From positions 1 through 42,762 of IMG/VR virus record IMGVR_UViG_3300048891_000039: a stretch of DNA of 42,762 nucleotides; one strand, given 5' to 3'. The notes under the pieces were generated by a model. The model did not search any database. It saw nothing but the letters and a program-made list of their open reading frames with translations, and had not been told where the DNA came from. Of the stretch, positions 27,256 through 36,366 are shown piece by piece. The number at the start of each line of letters is the position of its first letter. The stretch's first letter is position 1. Source of the DNA: a virus (lineage: Duplodnaviria > Caudoviricetes). Position numbers and translations under genes: made by a program.

Positions 27256-27425
27256 GCTCGATTCCCCTTCCCCGTTAATGACTCGACGATCATCAGCATC
27301 AGCGCCACAAGTATGAGTGACGGCAGATCGCCATGCCGGCATGCGACTTTCACCTCACAGCGCTCAAAGTAATCATTCGCCGCGACACGCGCGCGCCCCT
27401 TTCCCCGCGTAACTGCAGTTGCCAT
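27252..27425 (-). CDS. Small protein with hydrophobic C-terminal helix, 57 aa
   Basis: Purine-rich leader, ATG at 27425, ATGA overlap with the next gene; shares ARVAxxD with the repressor tail. Confidence 0.55.
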   Translation of the reverse strand: MATAVTRGKGRARVAANDYFERCEVKVACRHGDLPSLILVALMLMIVESLTGKGNRA

Positions 27426-27536
27426 TCCCGCACTTCCCCCTGTTGCGGTCCTCCTTGACTCGGTTCTTGCTGCCACGACCATTCGCGACGGCTGAATCGA
27501 GCGATGTGTGCCGAGAGCCCGGAATGTCTCACCTCT

Positions 27537-28115
27537 TTACTTTTTTTTGCGTTTCGGCCGTTCCTCGTGAATGAAGTCGCGGCCCGCCACACGCGCATTG
27601 TCCGAGCCTATCGCCATATAGCTACCGGACTCGTTGAGTGTCGAGTTGGCACGCATTGCCGGATGAATCAAGACGCGATCCAGCTCACTCGGGTCAGCCG
27701 GATCATTTGCTCCCTCGATCATACGTTCAGCAGAGGCATTGGCAGTAGCGATCAGATCCACCTCGCTGTGAGGGTCACTGACGACCTGGTTGTAGAGACG
27801 GCAGACATGCCGCGTCCGGAACGCGATGGATTCGGGTGATTTCGGCCTGACAGCCTTATACGCCTGACGCAGTGCAGCTTCACAGATTCCGAAAGTGGTC
27901 AGGTCGATGTCGCGTAACGTTTTTTGCCCGGTCAGCACATAGAGCACATCTACCCCAGCGGCTGAAACTCCCGCCAAATAGTTCGCGTCCGGTGTGCGCT
28001 TATCGCCCTCGTAATTTCCCTGCGCGTTTGTCGCGACGCCGCCGCGCGCGCCAAGCGCTTCTTGGGATAGGCCAAGCCGCTTTCGCTCCGCCTTCAGTCT
28101 ATTGCCGAGTGCCAT
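27537..28115 (-). CDS. Immunity repressor, XRE-family HTH, about 192 aa (alternative start 28163)
   Basis: LGNRLKAERKRLGLSQ..NYE..KRTPDANYL....GVDVLYVLTG; divergent from the Ner-like gene; no S24 peptidase domain evident. Confidence 0.9.
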   Translation of the reverse strand: MALGNRLKAERKRLGLSQEALGARGGVATNAQGNYEGDKRTPDANYLAGVSAAGVDVLYVLTGQKTLRDIDLTTFGICEAALRQAYKAVRPKSPESIAFRTRHVCRLYNQVVSDPHSEVDLIATANASAERMIEGANDPADPSELDRVLIHPAMRANSTLNESGSYMAIGSDNARVAGRDFIHEERPKRKKK

Positions 28116-28188
28116 GTAACCCCGTCTGAGTTGACGATATATCCAATTGAGTGTAGGGTGCATTCACCGCTGTTCAGGCAGCGGCAAA

Positions 28189-28211
28189 AAATACGACACG
28201 GTGTCGTATTT
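28189..28211. promoter_or_regulatory. Perfect palindrome, likely operator of the lysis-lysogeny switch
   Basis: AAATACGACAC-G-GTGTCGTATTT directly before the RBS of the Ner-like gene. Confidence 0.8.
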
Positions 28212-28222
28212 GAGGACCATCA

Positions 28223-28495
28223 ATGCTCCCAGCCGAAATCAAATTTCGCCTCGCCATTGCCGAGCCGCAGCCCTATACCCAGGCGGCAATAGCCACCGAG
28301 TGCCGCGTGGCGAACTCGATGGTTTGGGACGTCATCCACGGCAACCGGCGCAATGACCGCGTTGCCTTACGCATAGCCGAAATCCTCCTCAGAAAGCCCG
28401 CAGACATCTGGCCGAAGGTCTATGGCCCAACAGCCAAACGCCGTCCGCTACGCAACCGCGCCATCCCGCTGAACCAGATCGCTGTGGCCGGCTGA
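28223..28495 (+). CDS. ner: Ner/Cro-like regulator, 90 aa
   Basis: M.PAEIK..L...TQAAIA....IAEIL......IWP..Y pattern; GAGGA RBS; first early gene. Confidence 0.8.
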   Translation: MLPAEIKFRLAIAEPQPYTQAAIATECRVANSMVWDVIHGNRRNDRVALRIAEILLRKPADIWPKVYGPTAKRRPLRNRAIPLNQIAVAG

Positions 28496-28589
28496 TCAAT
28501 GCGCAGGGGGACATTTAACGGCGAGCAAGCCATTTGCGCAATAGCAAACCTTGGCCGCGATTGTGCGGCCATCGAATCAGGGGTTTCCA

Positions 28590-29060
28590 ATGTCTAAGCG
28601 AAATTGGGCGAAGTATCGCCCCAGCTCGCTGCAGGATGCGATTGAAGCCTGCGTCGAGTTCGCGCGTGAGCGCCATCAGATGTCGATCGACCGCATCGCG
28701 GAGGCGATGGGAATAGCGAGCAAATGGACGCTCTACAAGTACATCGAGAGCGCCGGCATCCCGGCCCGTCTGATCCACCCCTTCGAGAACGCTTGCCGCT
28801 GCACCTTCATCACGCAGCACCTGGCATCGGTCGCCCGCAAGCTGCTCATCGATCTGCCGAACGGCCGCAAGGCAACGCCGGCTGACATCCATGAAGTGCA
28901 GGACTCGTGCACGGCAGCGATCGGCGCGCTGCTCTCGTTCGCGAAGGGGAAGGGCGATGCCGCCTACACGCTGGCTGCAGTTACCGACGCCATTGAACGC
29001 CTCGCGCGCGAGCGCGCCGAGGTGGAACGCCATGCCCAGCCGGAGCTTGCCCTCACATGA
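28590..29060 (+). CDS. Early putative regulatory HTH protein, 156 aa
   Basis: MSIDRIAEAMG..KWTLYKY HTH-like segment; QPEL C-terminus; ATGA overlap with the next gene. Confidence 0.7.
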   Translation: MSKRNWAKYRPSSLQDAIEACVEFARERHQMSIDRIAEAMGIASKWTLYKYIESAGIPARLIHPFENACRCTFITQHLASVARKLLIDLPNGRKATPADIHEVQDSCTAAIGALLSFAKGKGDAAYTLAAVTDAIERLARERAEVERHAQPELALT

Positions 29061-29365
29061 CCGCCGATCGCTACATCAACGCCGCGCAGCAGCGTGTGCT
29101 CAAGATTCTGCTGATGCTCGCTGGGCACGAAGTGAACGGGCTCCTGCCCAGCGAACTGGCCAAGGCTATGCGCACGAGCAACAGCAACATCACGCGCGAC
29201 CTGGCCAACCTGAAAGAAGCCGGCATAGCCGAACAGCGCGAGGAAACCGGCGGCTGGGCGCTTACGACACGCGTAGCGCAGATCTCAGTGAAGGTATTGA
29301 CCGCGATGAACAAGGCCAAGGAGCACCTCGACGAAATGCAGAAACGCTACGAGACGCGCCGCTAA
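29057..29365 (+). CDS. IclR-like winged-HTH protein, 102 aa
   Basis: RVLKILLMLAGHEVNGL.PSELAKA....SNITRDLANL..AG.AE. Confidence 0.8.
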   Translation: MTADRYINAAQQRVLKILLMLAGHEVNGLLPSELAKAMRTSNSNITRDLANLKEAGIAEQREETGGWALTTRVAQISVKVLTAMNKAKEHLDEMQKRYETRR

Positions 29366-29396
29366 TCAACCTAACCCCTGGGGAAGCAAAACCAAC

Positions 29397-30230
29397 ATGG
29401 CCCGCCCACGTAAGACCCGCTCACCCGAAGCAATCAAAGCCGCAACAGCAGCAGTCAACGAACAAGCTCTCGACGATTCGCGCAACGCCCTTGTTCAGCG
29501 CACCTCTGAACTGAGCGTTATCGATCTGCGCTACGCGATCGAGGGCGAATACGATTTCAACAAGATCGACGCGATGCTGCCATCGGTCATGAGCATGAGC
29601 GTGGCGTCGGCACTATGGATTGGCCGCGCTCTGATCCTGGTCAGAGAACATGAGAAGCACGGCTCATATCTACCTTTCCTGCAGAAGCACGGCATTCATC
29701 AGCGCACTGCGCAGCGCTATGTGGGCCTCGCCAAGCGTTTTGGCACGAGTGAACAACGCAAGGTGATGCTCGGCCGGCTCGGCATCGCCAGCGCGCTTGA
29801 GCTGTGGGGCGAATCCGAAGAGACCATCAACGCAATGGCTTCCGACGAAGACCACGAGGTCTATTCACTGTCACGCGAGGAAATCCGCAAACGCTACGAC
29901 AAGAAGGATAAGGCGATCGCGAAGCTCGAACAAAAGCTCGAAGCCACTGATCACCTGCTCGCCGACAAGAACAAAAAAATCGACGACCTCGATCGAATGC
30001 TCAAAGGTCGCGATGCCGAGTCGCCGCTCGAACGCGCCACACACTTGCTCACGGCGATCGACGTCATGGTCATGGACCACGCGAAGCTGTGCAATGACCT
30101 GTTGAGCGCGATCGACAGGATCTACGAAATCCAGTCCGACCCCGATCAAGCAATCCGCACACGGATCAACCAGGCGGCCGACCACGTCGTGGAAACGGCG
30201 CGCGGTCTCGAAACGTTCTGCAGCGCATAA
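29397..30230 (+). CDS. DUF3102-like protein, 277 aa
   Basis: IGRALILVREHEKHG.Y..FL...GI..RTAQRY motif and coiled coil; precedes the transposase. Confidence 0.75.
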   Translation: MARPRKTRSPEAIKAATAAVNEQALDDSRNALVQRTSELSVIDLRYAIEGEYDFNKIDAMLPSVMSMSVASALWIGRALILVREHEKHGSYLPFLQKHGIHQRTAQRYVGLAKRFGTSEQRKVMLGRLGIASALELWGESEETINAMASDEDHEVYSLSREEIRKRYDKKDKAIAKLEQKLEATDHLLADKNKKIDDLDRMLKGRDAESPLERATHLLTAIDVMVMDHAKLCNDLLSAIDRIYEIQSDPDQAIRTRINQAADHVVETARGLETFCSA

Positions 30231-30243
30231 AAGGGGATCGGGG

Positions 30244-32040
30244 ATGCAATCGGGGCAATCGAGGGAGTTCGCAGAACTCGACTATTTGCGCGGCCTGGCG
30301 CAGCGGCTGGACGCGCTGGAGCAAGGCCGCCGCGGCGCGCTCATCGAAGATGCCGCGCAACTGCTTGGCTGCACCGGCCCCACGGTGTATGCCCGCCTGA
30401 AGAAAATCGGTTGGACGTCCGGCCGGAAACAACGCTCCGATCGAGGCACCAGCAAGGTGCCCGCCGACCAGGTAAAGACCGTCGCGGCGCTGATGCATGC
30501 AACGCATCGCCAGAACGGCAAACGGCTGATGACGTTCAAGCATGGCGGCAGCATGGCGCTATCGAACGGCCTGCTCGACGCGCCCGTGTCCCCACAGACG
30601 CTATCGCGCCAGATGAAGCGCATCGGCTGCCACCCCGAGCAGATGGGCCGCGCGACGCCGCACGCGTCGATGAAGAGCCTCTACCCGAACCACGTGTGGC
30701 AGCTCGATGCGTCGCTCTGCGTTCTGTACTACCTGCGCGGCGGCAAGGTCGGCGTGATGGACGAGCGCAAATTCAACATCCGCAAGCCGCGCGACGTGGT
30801 GAAGGTGATGAAGGATCGTGTGCTGCGCTACGCGCTTACCGATCACTGCTCGGCATCAGTGTTGGCGCGCTACTACCAGACTAGCGGCGAGGATCAAAAG
30901 ACGCTGCTCGAGTTCTTGATCCACTCGTTTCAGCAGCGCGGCAGTGACCCGATGTACGGCGTGCCGCACATGCTCGTATGGGACAAGGGCTCAGCCAACC
31001 AAAGCCACGGCATCGAGAACCTGCTCACGCAGCTGCAGGTGCGGCATTGGACGCACATCGCCGGCAACCCGCGTGCCAAGGGCCAAGTGGAAGGCGTGCA
31101 CAACATGATCGAGCGCGGCTTCGAGAGCTGCCTTTCCTTCGCGCGCATCGATTCGGTTGAGCAGTTGAACGCTGAACTCGACATTTGGCTGCGCGCAGTC
31201 AATGGCTCGGAAATCGTGCGCCGCACCGGCATGACGCGCTGGCAGAAATGGCTGGAGATTGAAGGCGCCACGCAACTACGCATAGCGCCGCCAGCGCCGG
31301 TACTTCGCACGCTCGTGCATAGCAAGCCGCAGAAACGCACGGTCAAGGGCAACTTCCACATCCAGTTCACGGTGAAGGATTTCGAGCCGGCGTTGTATTG
31401 CGTCAAGCACGTCGAAGGCTTGTACGTCGGCGATGAAGTGACGGTGGCCGTGAACCCGTACCGCGCGCCCTCAATCTTCGTTATCGGCAAAAACGAGGAC
31501 GGCAGCACGCGCTATTGGGAATGCGATCCAGCGCAGATCGACAAGCACGGTTTCCTGGCCAACGCGGTGCCGTTCGGCGAGCGCTACGAAGCGCCTGCCG
31601 ACAGTCATGTGGACACTGCGCGCAAAGACCTCAACGAGGTGGCCTTCGGCGAGCGCGACGCGCTCGACGCGCAAGCAGCACGCGCCAAGGGACGCATTGC
31701 TTTCGATGGCGCCGTAGACCCGTTCAAGGACCTCCACGAGCGCGCCGTCGACGTGCCGGCGCATATCCCGCGCCGCGGTACGGAGATTTACCTGGCCAAT
31801 CCGTTCCATGTTGAGGAACGGCCGCTGACGCTGGTGGATCTGGCGCTTGAACTGCGCGGCCGCCGCGGCACCGGGCTATTGCTCGCTGAGCGCGAGCGCG
31901 TGATCGCGCTGTATCCGGAAACCATTCCGCTCGACGCTTTCAACGCACTGATCGAGCAGCTCCTGCGCGGCGAACTGCCCGCGCTTTCCGACCAAGCCCC
32001 CGCCGCGGCCACACCGCCGCGGCTCTATGCCGTGAGGTGA
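30244..32040 (+). CDS. DDE transposase (MuA analogue, rve-type core), 598 aa
   Basis: RKQRSDRG, PNHVWQLDAS, DHCS, LVWDKGSAN and GNPRAKGQVE supply the D, D and E residues. Confidence 0.95.
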   Translation: MQSGQSREFAELDYLRGLAQRLDALEQGRRGALIEDAAQLLGCTGPTVYARLKKIGWTSGRKQRSDRGTSKVPADQVKTVAALMHATHRQNGKRLMTFKHGGSMALSNGLLDAPVSPQTLSRQMKRIGCHPEQMGRATPHASMKSLYPNHVWQLDASLCVLYYLRGGKVGVMDERKFNIRKPRDVVKVMKDRVLRYALTDHCSASVLARYYQTSGEDQKTLLEFLIHSFQQRGSDPMYGVPHMLVWDKGSANQSHGIENLLTQLQVRHWTHIAGNPRAKGQVEGVHNMIERGFESCLSFARIDSVEQLNAELDIWLRAVNGSEIVRRTGMTRWQKWLEIEGATQLRIAPPAPVLRTLVHSKPQKRTVKGNFHIQFTVKDFEPALYCVKHVEGLYVGDEVTVAVNPYRAPSIFVIGKNEDGSTRYWECDPAQIDKHGFLANAVPFGERYEAPADSHVDTARKDLNEVAFGERDALDAQAARAKGRIAFDGAVDPFKDLHERAVDVPAHIPRRGTEIYLANPFHVEERPLTLVDLALELRGRRGTGLLLAERERVIALYPETIPLDAFNALIEQLLRGELPALSDQAPAAATPPRLYAVR

Positions 32041-32044
32041 TTCC

Positions 32045-32668
32045 ATGAGAGCAACGATTTCCTATCGCAAGCCGACGATCCTGCATGAAGCGGATTATGG
32101 CGAGTTCTTCGGTGTTCCCGGCAATTGTTTCTTGGGCGAATGCGTTTATGCGCGCGCCTGGGACCCTGCCGGCAATACCGACGACGCGCATCCAAATTTT
32201 CCCAACTGCATGGCGATCGCTGTGGTCGCGTGTCGCGTCAACCGCGATGAGCACGGCCATATGGATGTGGGTCACATCATTCGATTGCCGATCGACACGC
32301 CAATTACGCTTCTAGATCAAGTCGAGCCGCTCGCTTTCCGCGAGCGCGTCGGGCGCGCTGATTCCGTCGCAATGAAGCCCGAGACTGAATTCGCGCTCAG
32401 GCCAGCTTTCGGCGGCGAATCTTTCCTTGTGGTGCCGAAGAAGGCGCACTTCTCGGCCGACATCAATCTCGACGGCCGCACGCTCGATACCGAGCGCGTC
32501 CTGGACGGCTTCCGCCGCCTCATCAATGACTGCCTCAGCGACGTCGGCGCCAGCGAGAAGACGTGCAGCGCGTGCGGAGCCGGCGCGCTGCTCAAGGGCG
32601 CAACAGATTGCCCGCAATGCGGCACCTCAACCAACGTCCGCGGTGCCGAGGCATCACCGCGATCGTAA
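32045..32668 (+). CDS. Hypothetical protein with C-terminal zinc ribbon, 207 aa
   Basis: GAGGT RBS; CSAC-x10-CPQC. Confidence 0.75.
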   Translation: MRATISYRKPTILHEADYGEFFGVPGNCFLGECVYARAWDPAGNTDDAHPNFPNCMAIAVVACRVNRDEHGHMDVGHIIRLPIDTPITLLDQVEPLAFRERVGRADSVAMKPETEFALRPAFGGESFLVVPKKAHFSADINLDGRTLDTERVLDGFRRLINDCLSDVGASEKTCSACGAGALLKGATDCPQCGTSTNVRGAEASPRS

Positions 32669-32712
32669 CAACCGCGCCTCACCCGCAAGCCCCCAACCAG
32701 GAGAAGCGTCAC

Positions 32713-33039
32713 ATGTCTACCGCAGCCCCCCAAGCCCAGCTCCACACGCAGCATCACCGCGTGCCGATTCGCACCGCGGCCAACCAGGCGCGCGCGCTGC
32801 GCCTGCACCACATGAAGCCCGGCGATCTGTTCCTCGCCAGCCCCGATCGCAACCGCGTTCTCGCGCTGCTTTCGCACGAGCAGATCGACGTGCGCGACGC
32901 GAAAGACCTGTGGTGCGTCGTCATGCACGCGCAGCCGTACACGGGCACGCCGCCGGGCTCGCTGATCAAGCTGCCGCACGAGGCGCCGGTGTTGCGCGTG
33001 TCGATGCTCTCGGCGCCGCTGTTTCAGCCGGAGGAGTAA
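32713..33039 (+). CDS. Hypothetical protein, 108 aa
   Basis: AGGAG RBS before ATG 32713; weak similarity to the N-terminal half of the preceding gene. Confidence 0.75.
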   Translation: MSTAAPQAQLHTQHHRVPIRTAANQARALRLHHMKPGDLFLASPDRNRVLALLSHEQIDVRDAKDLWCVVMHAQPYTGTPPGSLIKLPHEAPVLRVSMLSAPLFQPEE

Positions 33040-33044
33040 TTCGG

Positions 33045-34298
33045 ATGAAGAGCGGTCGCCCGATCACCAGCGAGCGCAGCGCGGCGCCTTACCGGCTCCA
33101 CGCGATTCTCGCTCGGCACAAGATCGAACACTCCGACGTGCGCGCGCGCATCCGCTTCGAGAGCGGGCGCAACGCCGGTCAGCCCCTGTCGCCGTCGACG
33201 CTGTCGACGCTGATCAATCGCCGCGAATGGCCGCTCACGGTCAGCCAGGGCGCGATCAAGCAGAAGGTGGCGCAGCTGCTCGCCGAACGCGGCGTGCCGC
33301 AGGAAGAGATCGAAGAAGCCTGGCACATCGACGGCGACCAGGTCGCCGCCGATGCCCAGGCCCACTCCCGCAAATCACGGACCAGCCGGCCGAACGCCAA
33401 TTCAGAGCCGGTTGATCCGCCTTTCGACTTACCGGAGGCAGACATGCTATCGCAAGACGCACGCGAGCACTTCAAGCTCGCGCAGAGCCCGTTCCAGAAC
33501 GACATCCAGGGTCCCGGCGACGTCTATCTCGCGCGCGACCAGCGCTACATCCGCGAGACGATGTACTACGCCGCGAAGCATTCCGGCTTCGTCGCCATCG
33601 TCGGCGAAAGCGGCAGCGGCAAGACCACGCTGCGCCGCGATCTGCTCGAACGCATCAAGCGCGAGGGCGAGCCGATCGTCGCGATCCAGCCGCAGACCGT
33701 CGACAAGACGATGCTGACCGCCGCGCACATCTGCGACGCGATCGTCGCGGATCTGTCGACCGAGGCGCCGAAGCTCACGCTCGAAGCCAAGGGTCGGCAG
33801 ATCCAGCGCATCCTGGCCGCCAGCTCGCGCACCGGCAACGCGCACGTGCTGATCATCGAAGAGGCGCACGACCTCGCGGTCGGCACGCTGAAATACCTCA
33901 AGCGCTTTTGGGAGCTGGAGGACGGCTTCCGCAAGCTGCTCGGCATCATCCTGGTCGGCCAGCCCGAGCTCGGCGATCGCCTCGACGAACGCCGCAACTA
34001 CGACGCGCGCGAAGTGATCCGCCGCTGCGAAGTCGCGCGCCTCAAGAGCCTCAACGGCAACCTGGAGGAATACCTCGCGCTCAAGTTCAAGCGCGTGGGC
34101 GTGGCGCTCTCCGACATCTTCGAGGCCGATGCGTTCGACGCGATCCGCGCGCGCCTCACGCGCAAGCGCGCGGGCACGGGCGAGGTCGAGTCGCACCTGT
34201 ATCCGCTCGTGGTGCACAACCTCTGCATCAAGGCCATGAACCAGGCCGTCGACCTCGGCCTGCCGAAGGTCAACGCGCAGCTGGTGGGGAGGGTGTGA
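33045..34298 (+). CDS. Transposition AAA+ ATPase (MuB analogue, ExeA-like) with N-terminal HTH-like domain, 417 aa
   Basis: GESGSGKTT Walker A, LIIEEAH Walker B, ILVGQPEL; GGAGGAG RBS. Confidence 0.92.
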   Translation: MKSGRPITSERSAAPYRLHAILARHKIEHSDVRARIRFESGRNAGQPLSPSTLSTLINRREWPLTVSQGAIKQKVAQLLAERGVPQEEIEEAWHIDGDQVAADAQAHSRKSRTSRPNANSEPVDPPFDLPEADMLSQDAREHFKLAQSPFQNDIQGPGDVYLARDQRYIRETMYYAAKHSGFVAIVGESGSGKTTLRRDLLERIKREGEPIVAIQPQTVDKTMLTAAHICDAIVADLSTEAPKLTLEAKGRQIQRILAASSRTGNAHVLIIEEAHDLAVGTLKYLKRFWELEDGFRKLLGIILVGQPELGDRLDERRNYDAREVIRRCEVARLKSLNGNLEEYLALKFKRVGVALSDIFEADAFDAIRARLTRKRAGTGEVESHLYPLVVHNLCIKAMNQAVDLGLPKVNAQLVGRV

Positions 34299-34585
34299 TG
34301 GCCGACAACTTCGTCTTCGCATTCTGCTGGGCCACGGGCGCGATCGGTTTTGCCCGCAAGGTTCCACGTGGCGCGATCGGCATCGCGCGCGGTCCTCGCA
34401 CGACGTTGCGCAACCTGGTCGAAGGAACGGCGCGCCTTGCCTACGACAACAAGACCTTGCTCGTGCCAGGCATTCCCGAAGCGCCGAACCAGACGCGCGG
34501 CATCGATGCATTGCACGAGTACATGAAGTGGATCGCCAAGCACGATCGCGTCGGCGTCAAGGTGCTGATGCAGGAGGGCGCGTGA
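34298..34585 (+). CDS. Small early protein of a type common in Mu-like phages, 95 aa
   Basis: AFCWATGAIGF...P.GAI.IARG...AR..YD..TLLVPGIPEA motif; TGATG coupling. Confidence 0.75.
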   Translation: MADNFVFAFCWATGAIGFARKVPRGAIGIARGPRTTLRNLVEGTARLAYDNKTLLVPGIPEAPNQTRGIDALHEYMKWIAKHDRVGVKVLMQEGA

Positions 34586-34782
34586 TGGCCGCGAAAAAGA
34601 AACCCGTGCATTGCACCGCCAAGCGCTCGATCCGCGCGCAGATCGGCCTGGTCAAGTGCTGGGTCACCACCGCGGCGGCCGACATCCGCCGCAACGATCG
34701 CATCGACGCGCTCGATTCGCTGCGCATGGCACGGAAGGAGATCGACCGCGCGCGCAAGTCGATCATGGGGGTGCTGCCATGA
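34585..34782 (+). CDS. Hypothetical basic protein, 65 aa
   Basis: AGGAGG RBS; TGATG and ATGA overlaps. Confidence 0.7.
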   Translation: MAAKKKPVHCTAKRSIRAQIGLVKCWVTTAAADIRRNDRIDALDSLRMARKEIDRARKSIMGVLP

Positions 34783-35027
34783 GCGTCGCCCTGCGCTCCA
34801 ACGCCAGCTCGCCCTCTACGCCGCATCAGCGCCCCTACATCCGCACGCTGATGGATCGCGTGGAGATCGACTCGCTGTTCGCCACGCTCTTTCATCGCCG
34901 CTTCTTCGAGGCCGCGAACCTGCCGGCGCCGACGCCGGGCGCGAAGCTCGACCCGACGCTTGAGGCGCTCACGCGCGCCCAGGGCGTCCGCCCTGATCGG
35001 CGCGTTGCGCAAGGAGGTGGGCGATGA
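34779..35027 (+). CDS. Hypothetical protein, 82 aa, possibly frameshifted near its 3' end
   Basis: ATGA-coupled start; removing one G at 34982-34984 gives LTRAQASALIGALRKE. Confidence 0.6.
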   Translation: MSVALRSNASSPSTPHQRPYIRTLMDRVEIDSLFATLFHRRFFEAANLPAPTPGAKLDPTLEALTRAQGVRPDRRVAQGGGR

Positions 35028-35167
35028 CGATTAAACGCCTGATCTTCCTGGCGGTGCTCGCGATCCTGGTCATCGCCGCGATCCGCTGCATCGACGCCTT
35101 CGTCCGCGACGCGGCTTGCCTCCTCGCGCACAGCAACGAAACGACTCTGAAGCAGGCCGACCAATGA
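35024..35167 (+). CDS. Small membrane protein, 47 aa (below the ORF-track cutoff)
   Basis: AAGGAGG RBS; MTIKRLIFLAVLAILVIAAIRC...; ATGA overlap with the next gene. Confidence 0.75.
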   Translation: MTIKRLIFLAVLAILVIAAIRCIDAFVRDAACLLAHSNETTLKQADQ

Positions 35168-35439
35168 GGACCAAAGCCATCACGATCATCCTGATCGCCG
35201 CGTTCCTTTTCACCTGCATCTTCATGGCCGGGAGAGCCTCCGTCGACGGCACGCCCAGCCCGCGCTGGTCGCCGTCGATGCCGCGCGCACTCCCCGATGG
35301 CGTCACGAAGTTCCATGACGCCAGCGATGAGGTCACCTGCTGGATGACCGGGAAACGTCTCTCTGTTTCGTCCGTCGCCATCTCATGCCTGCCGGATCGC
35401 GCGCTCACCCGCGGCCGCATCGAAGGCGGTGCGCCATGA
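35164..35439 (+). CDS. Membrane-anchored or exported small protein, 91 aa
   Basis: N-terminal hydrophobic helix; FHD...VTCW.....AISCLP motif. Confidence 0.7.
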   Translation: MRTKAITIILIAAFLFTCIFMAGRASVDGTPSPRWSPSMPRALPDGVTKFHDASDEVTCWMTGKRLSVSSVAISCLPDRALTRGRIEGGAP

Positions 35440-36080
35440 GACGTTCGGCGACTTACCAGCAACAGTGCACGCCCGATCGGATCACGGCCGTCCTTCGGAC
35501 CACGACCGAAACCTGCACGGCCGACGAGATCGCGTTCGTGCTCGGAGTCTCCCGGCAAGACGTGCAAAAGGTGATTGGCCCAATGGTCGTCGCCAAGATC
35601 GTCGACCGCCACCACATCTCCGATGGAACGCTGCGCTATTGCCTCAACAGCCTGTACTTGGCGGGGCGCCCGGCGACGCAGCGCCGCGAAGGCGGCAGCA
35701 TCAACCAGGCAATCCTGCATTGCCTGGGCGAGGCCGCCCAGCCGCTGACCGCCAACCAGATCAACGAGCGCTCCGGCGTCGACAAGGTGACCATCTATAG
35801 CCGCCTGCCGCACCTGATCAACAACGGCGATGTGATCCGCGGCGGCACGCGCCCGAATCTGAATTTCCGGCTCGCCACATCCGAGGAACGCCAGCGCGCA
35901 CGCGCGCTTATGGTTTCCGTCGATGCGCATCTCGACGTGGTGCTCGACGAGATCGGCCGCATCGCCGTGCACCCGGATGCCTCGGCCCGCGGCAAGGCAT
36001 TCCTCGCGATCAACGCAGCAATCTGCCGTCATGTTGAAGCCGCAGAAGGGCTGTCGCAGCAGAGCGCATCGTCATGCTGA
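35436..36080 (+). CDS. Tandem winged-HTH protein, 214 aa
   Basis: Two wHTH-like units (TADEIAFVLGVSRQDV and LTANQINERSGVDKVTIYSRLPHL..G.V). Confidence 0.7.
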   Translation: MRRSATYQQQCTPDRITAVLRTTTETCTADEIAFVLGVSRQDVQKVIGPMVVAKIVDRHHISDGTLRYCLNSLYLAGRPATQRREGGSINQAILHCLGEAAQPLTANQINERSGVDKVTIYSRLPHLINNGDVIRGGTRPNLNFRLATSEERQRARALMVSVDAHLDVVLDEIGRIAVHPDASARGKAFLAINAAICRHVEAAEGLSQQSASSC

Positions 36081-36355
36081 TCCCCGACGCAACCCTCAAC
36101 TATTGGGCCGAGCGCTTCGTGCTCGCCGGCGGCGCCGCGCTGATGCCGTTCGAGCAGTTCATGGCGCTGCCGCTGGCGGTGCGCGAACGCCGCCTGGAGC
36201 ATCTGCAGGCGATCGACTCGCACGATCTGCAGGAGCGCCTCGAACGCGCACTGCCCGATGCCGCCTGGCATGGTCCGGTGTTCATCGACCCTTTCCATCA
36301 CGGCGTGCGCAGAGGCCGGCACGCGTGGTTTCGCAACGATCGCAATCACGTCTAG
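36074..36355 (+). CDS. Hypothetical protein, 93 aa
   Basis: Tiles the operon between neighbours. Confidence 0.65.
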   Translation: MLIPDATLNYWAERFVLAGGAALMPFEQFMALPLAVRERRLEHLQAIDSHDLQERLERALPDAAWHGPVFIDPFHHGVRRGRHAWFRNDRNHV

Positions 36356-36366
36356 GAGAACCGCTC

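Noticed and set aside
32427-33044. 206-aa N-terminal extension of the ATPase ORF
   Set aside because: Overlaps two better-supported genes; a strong RBS sits before ATG 33045
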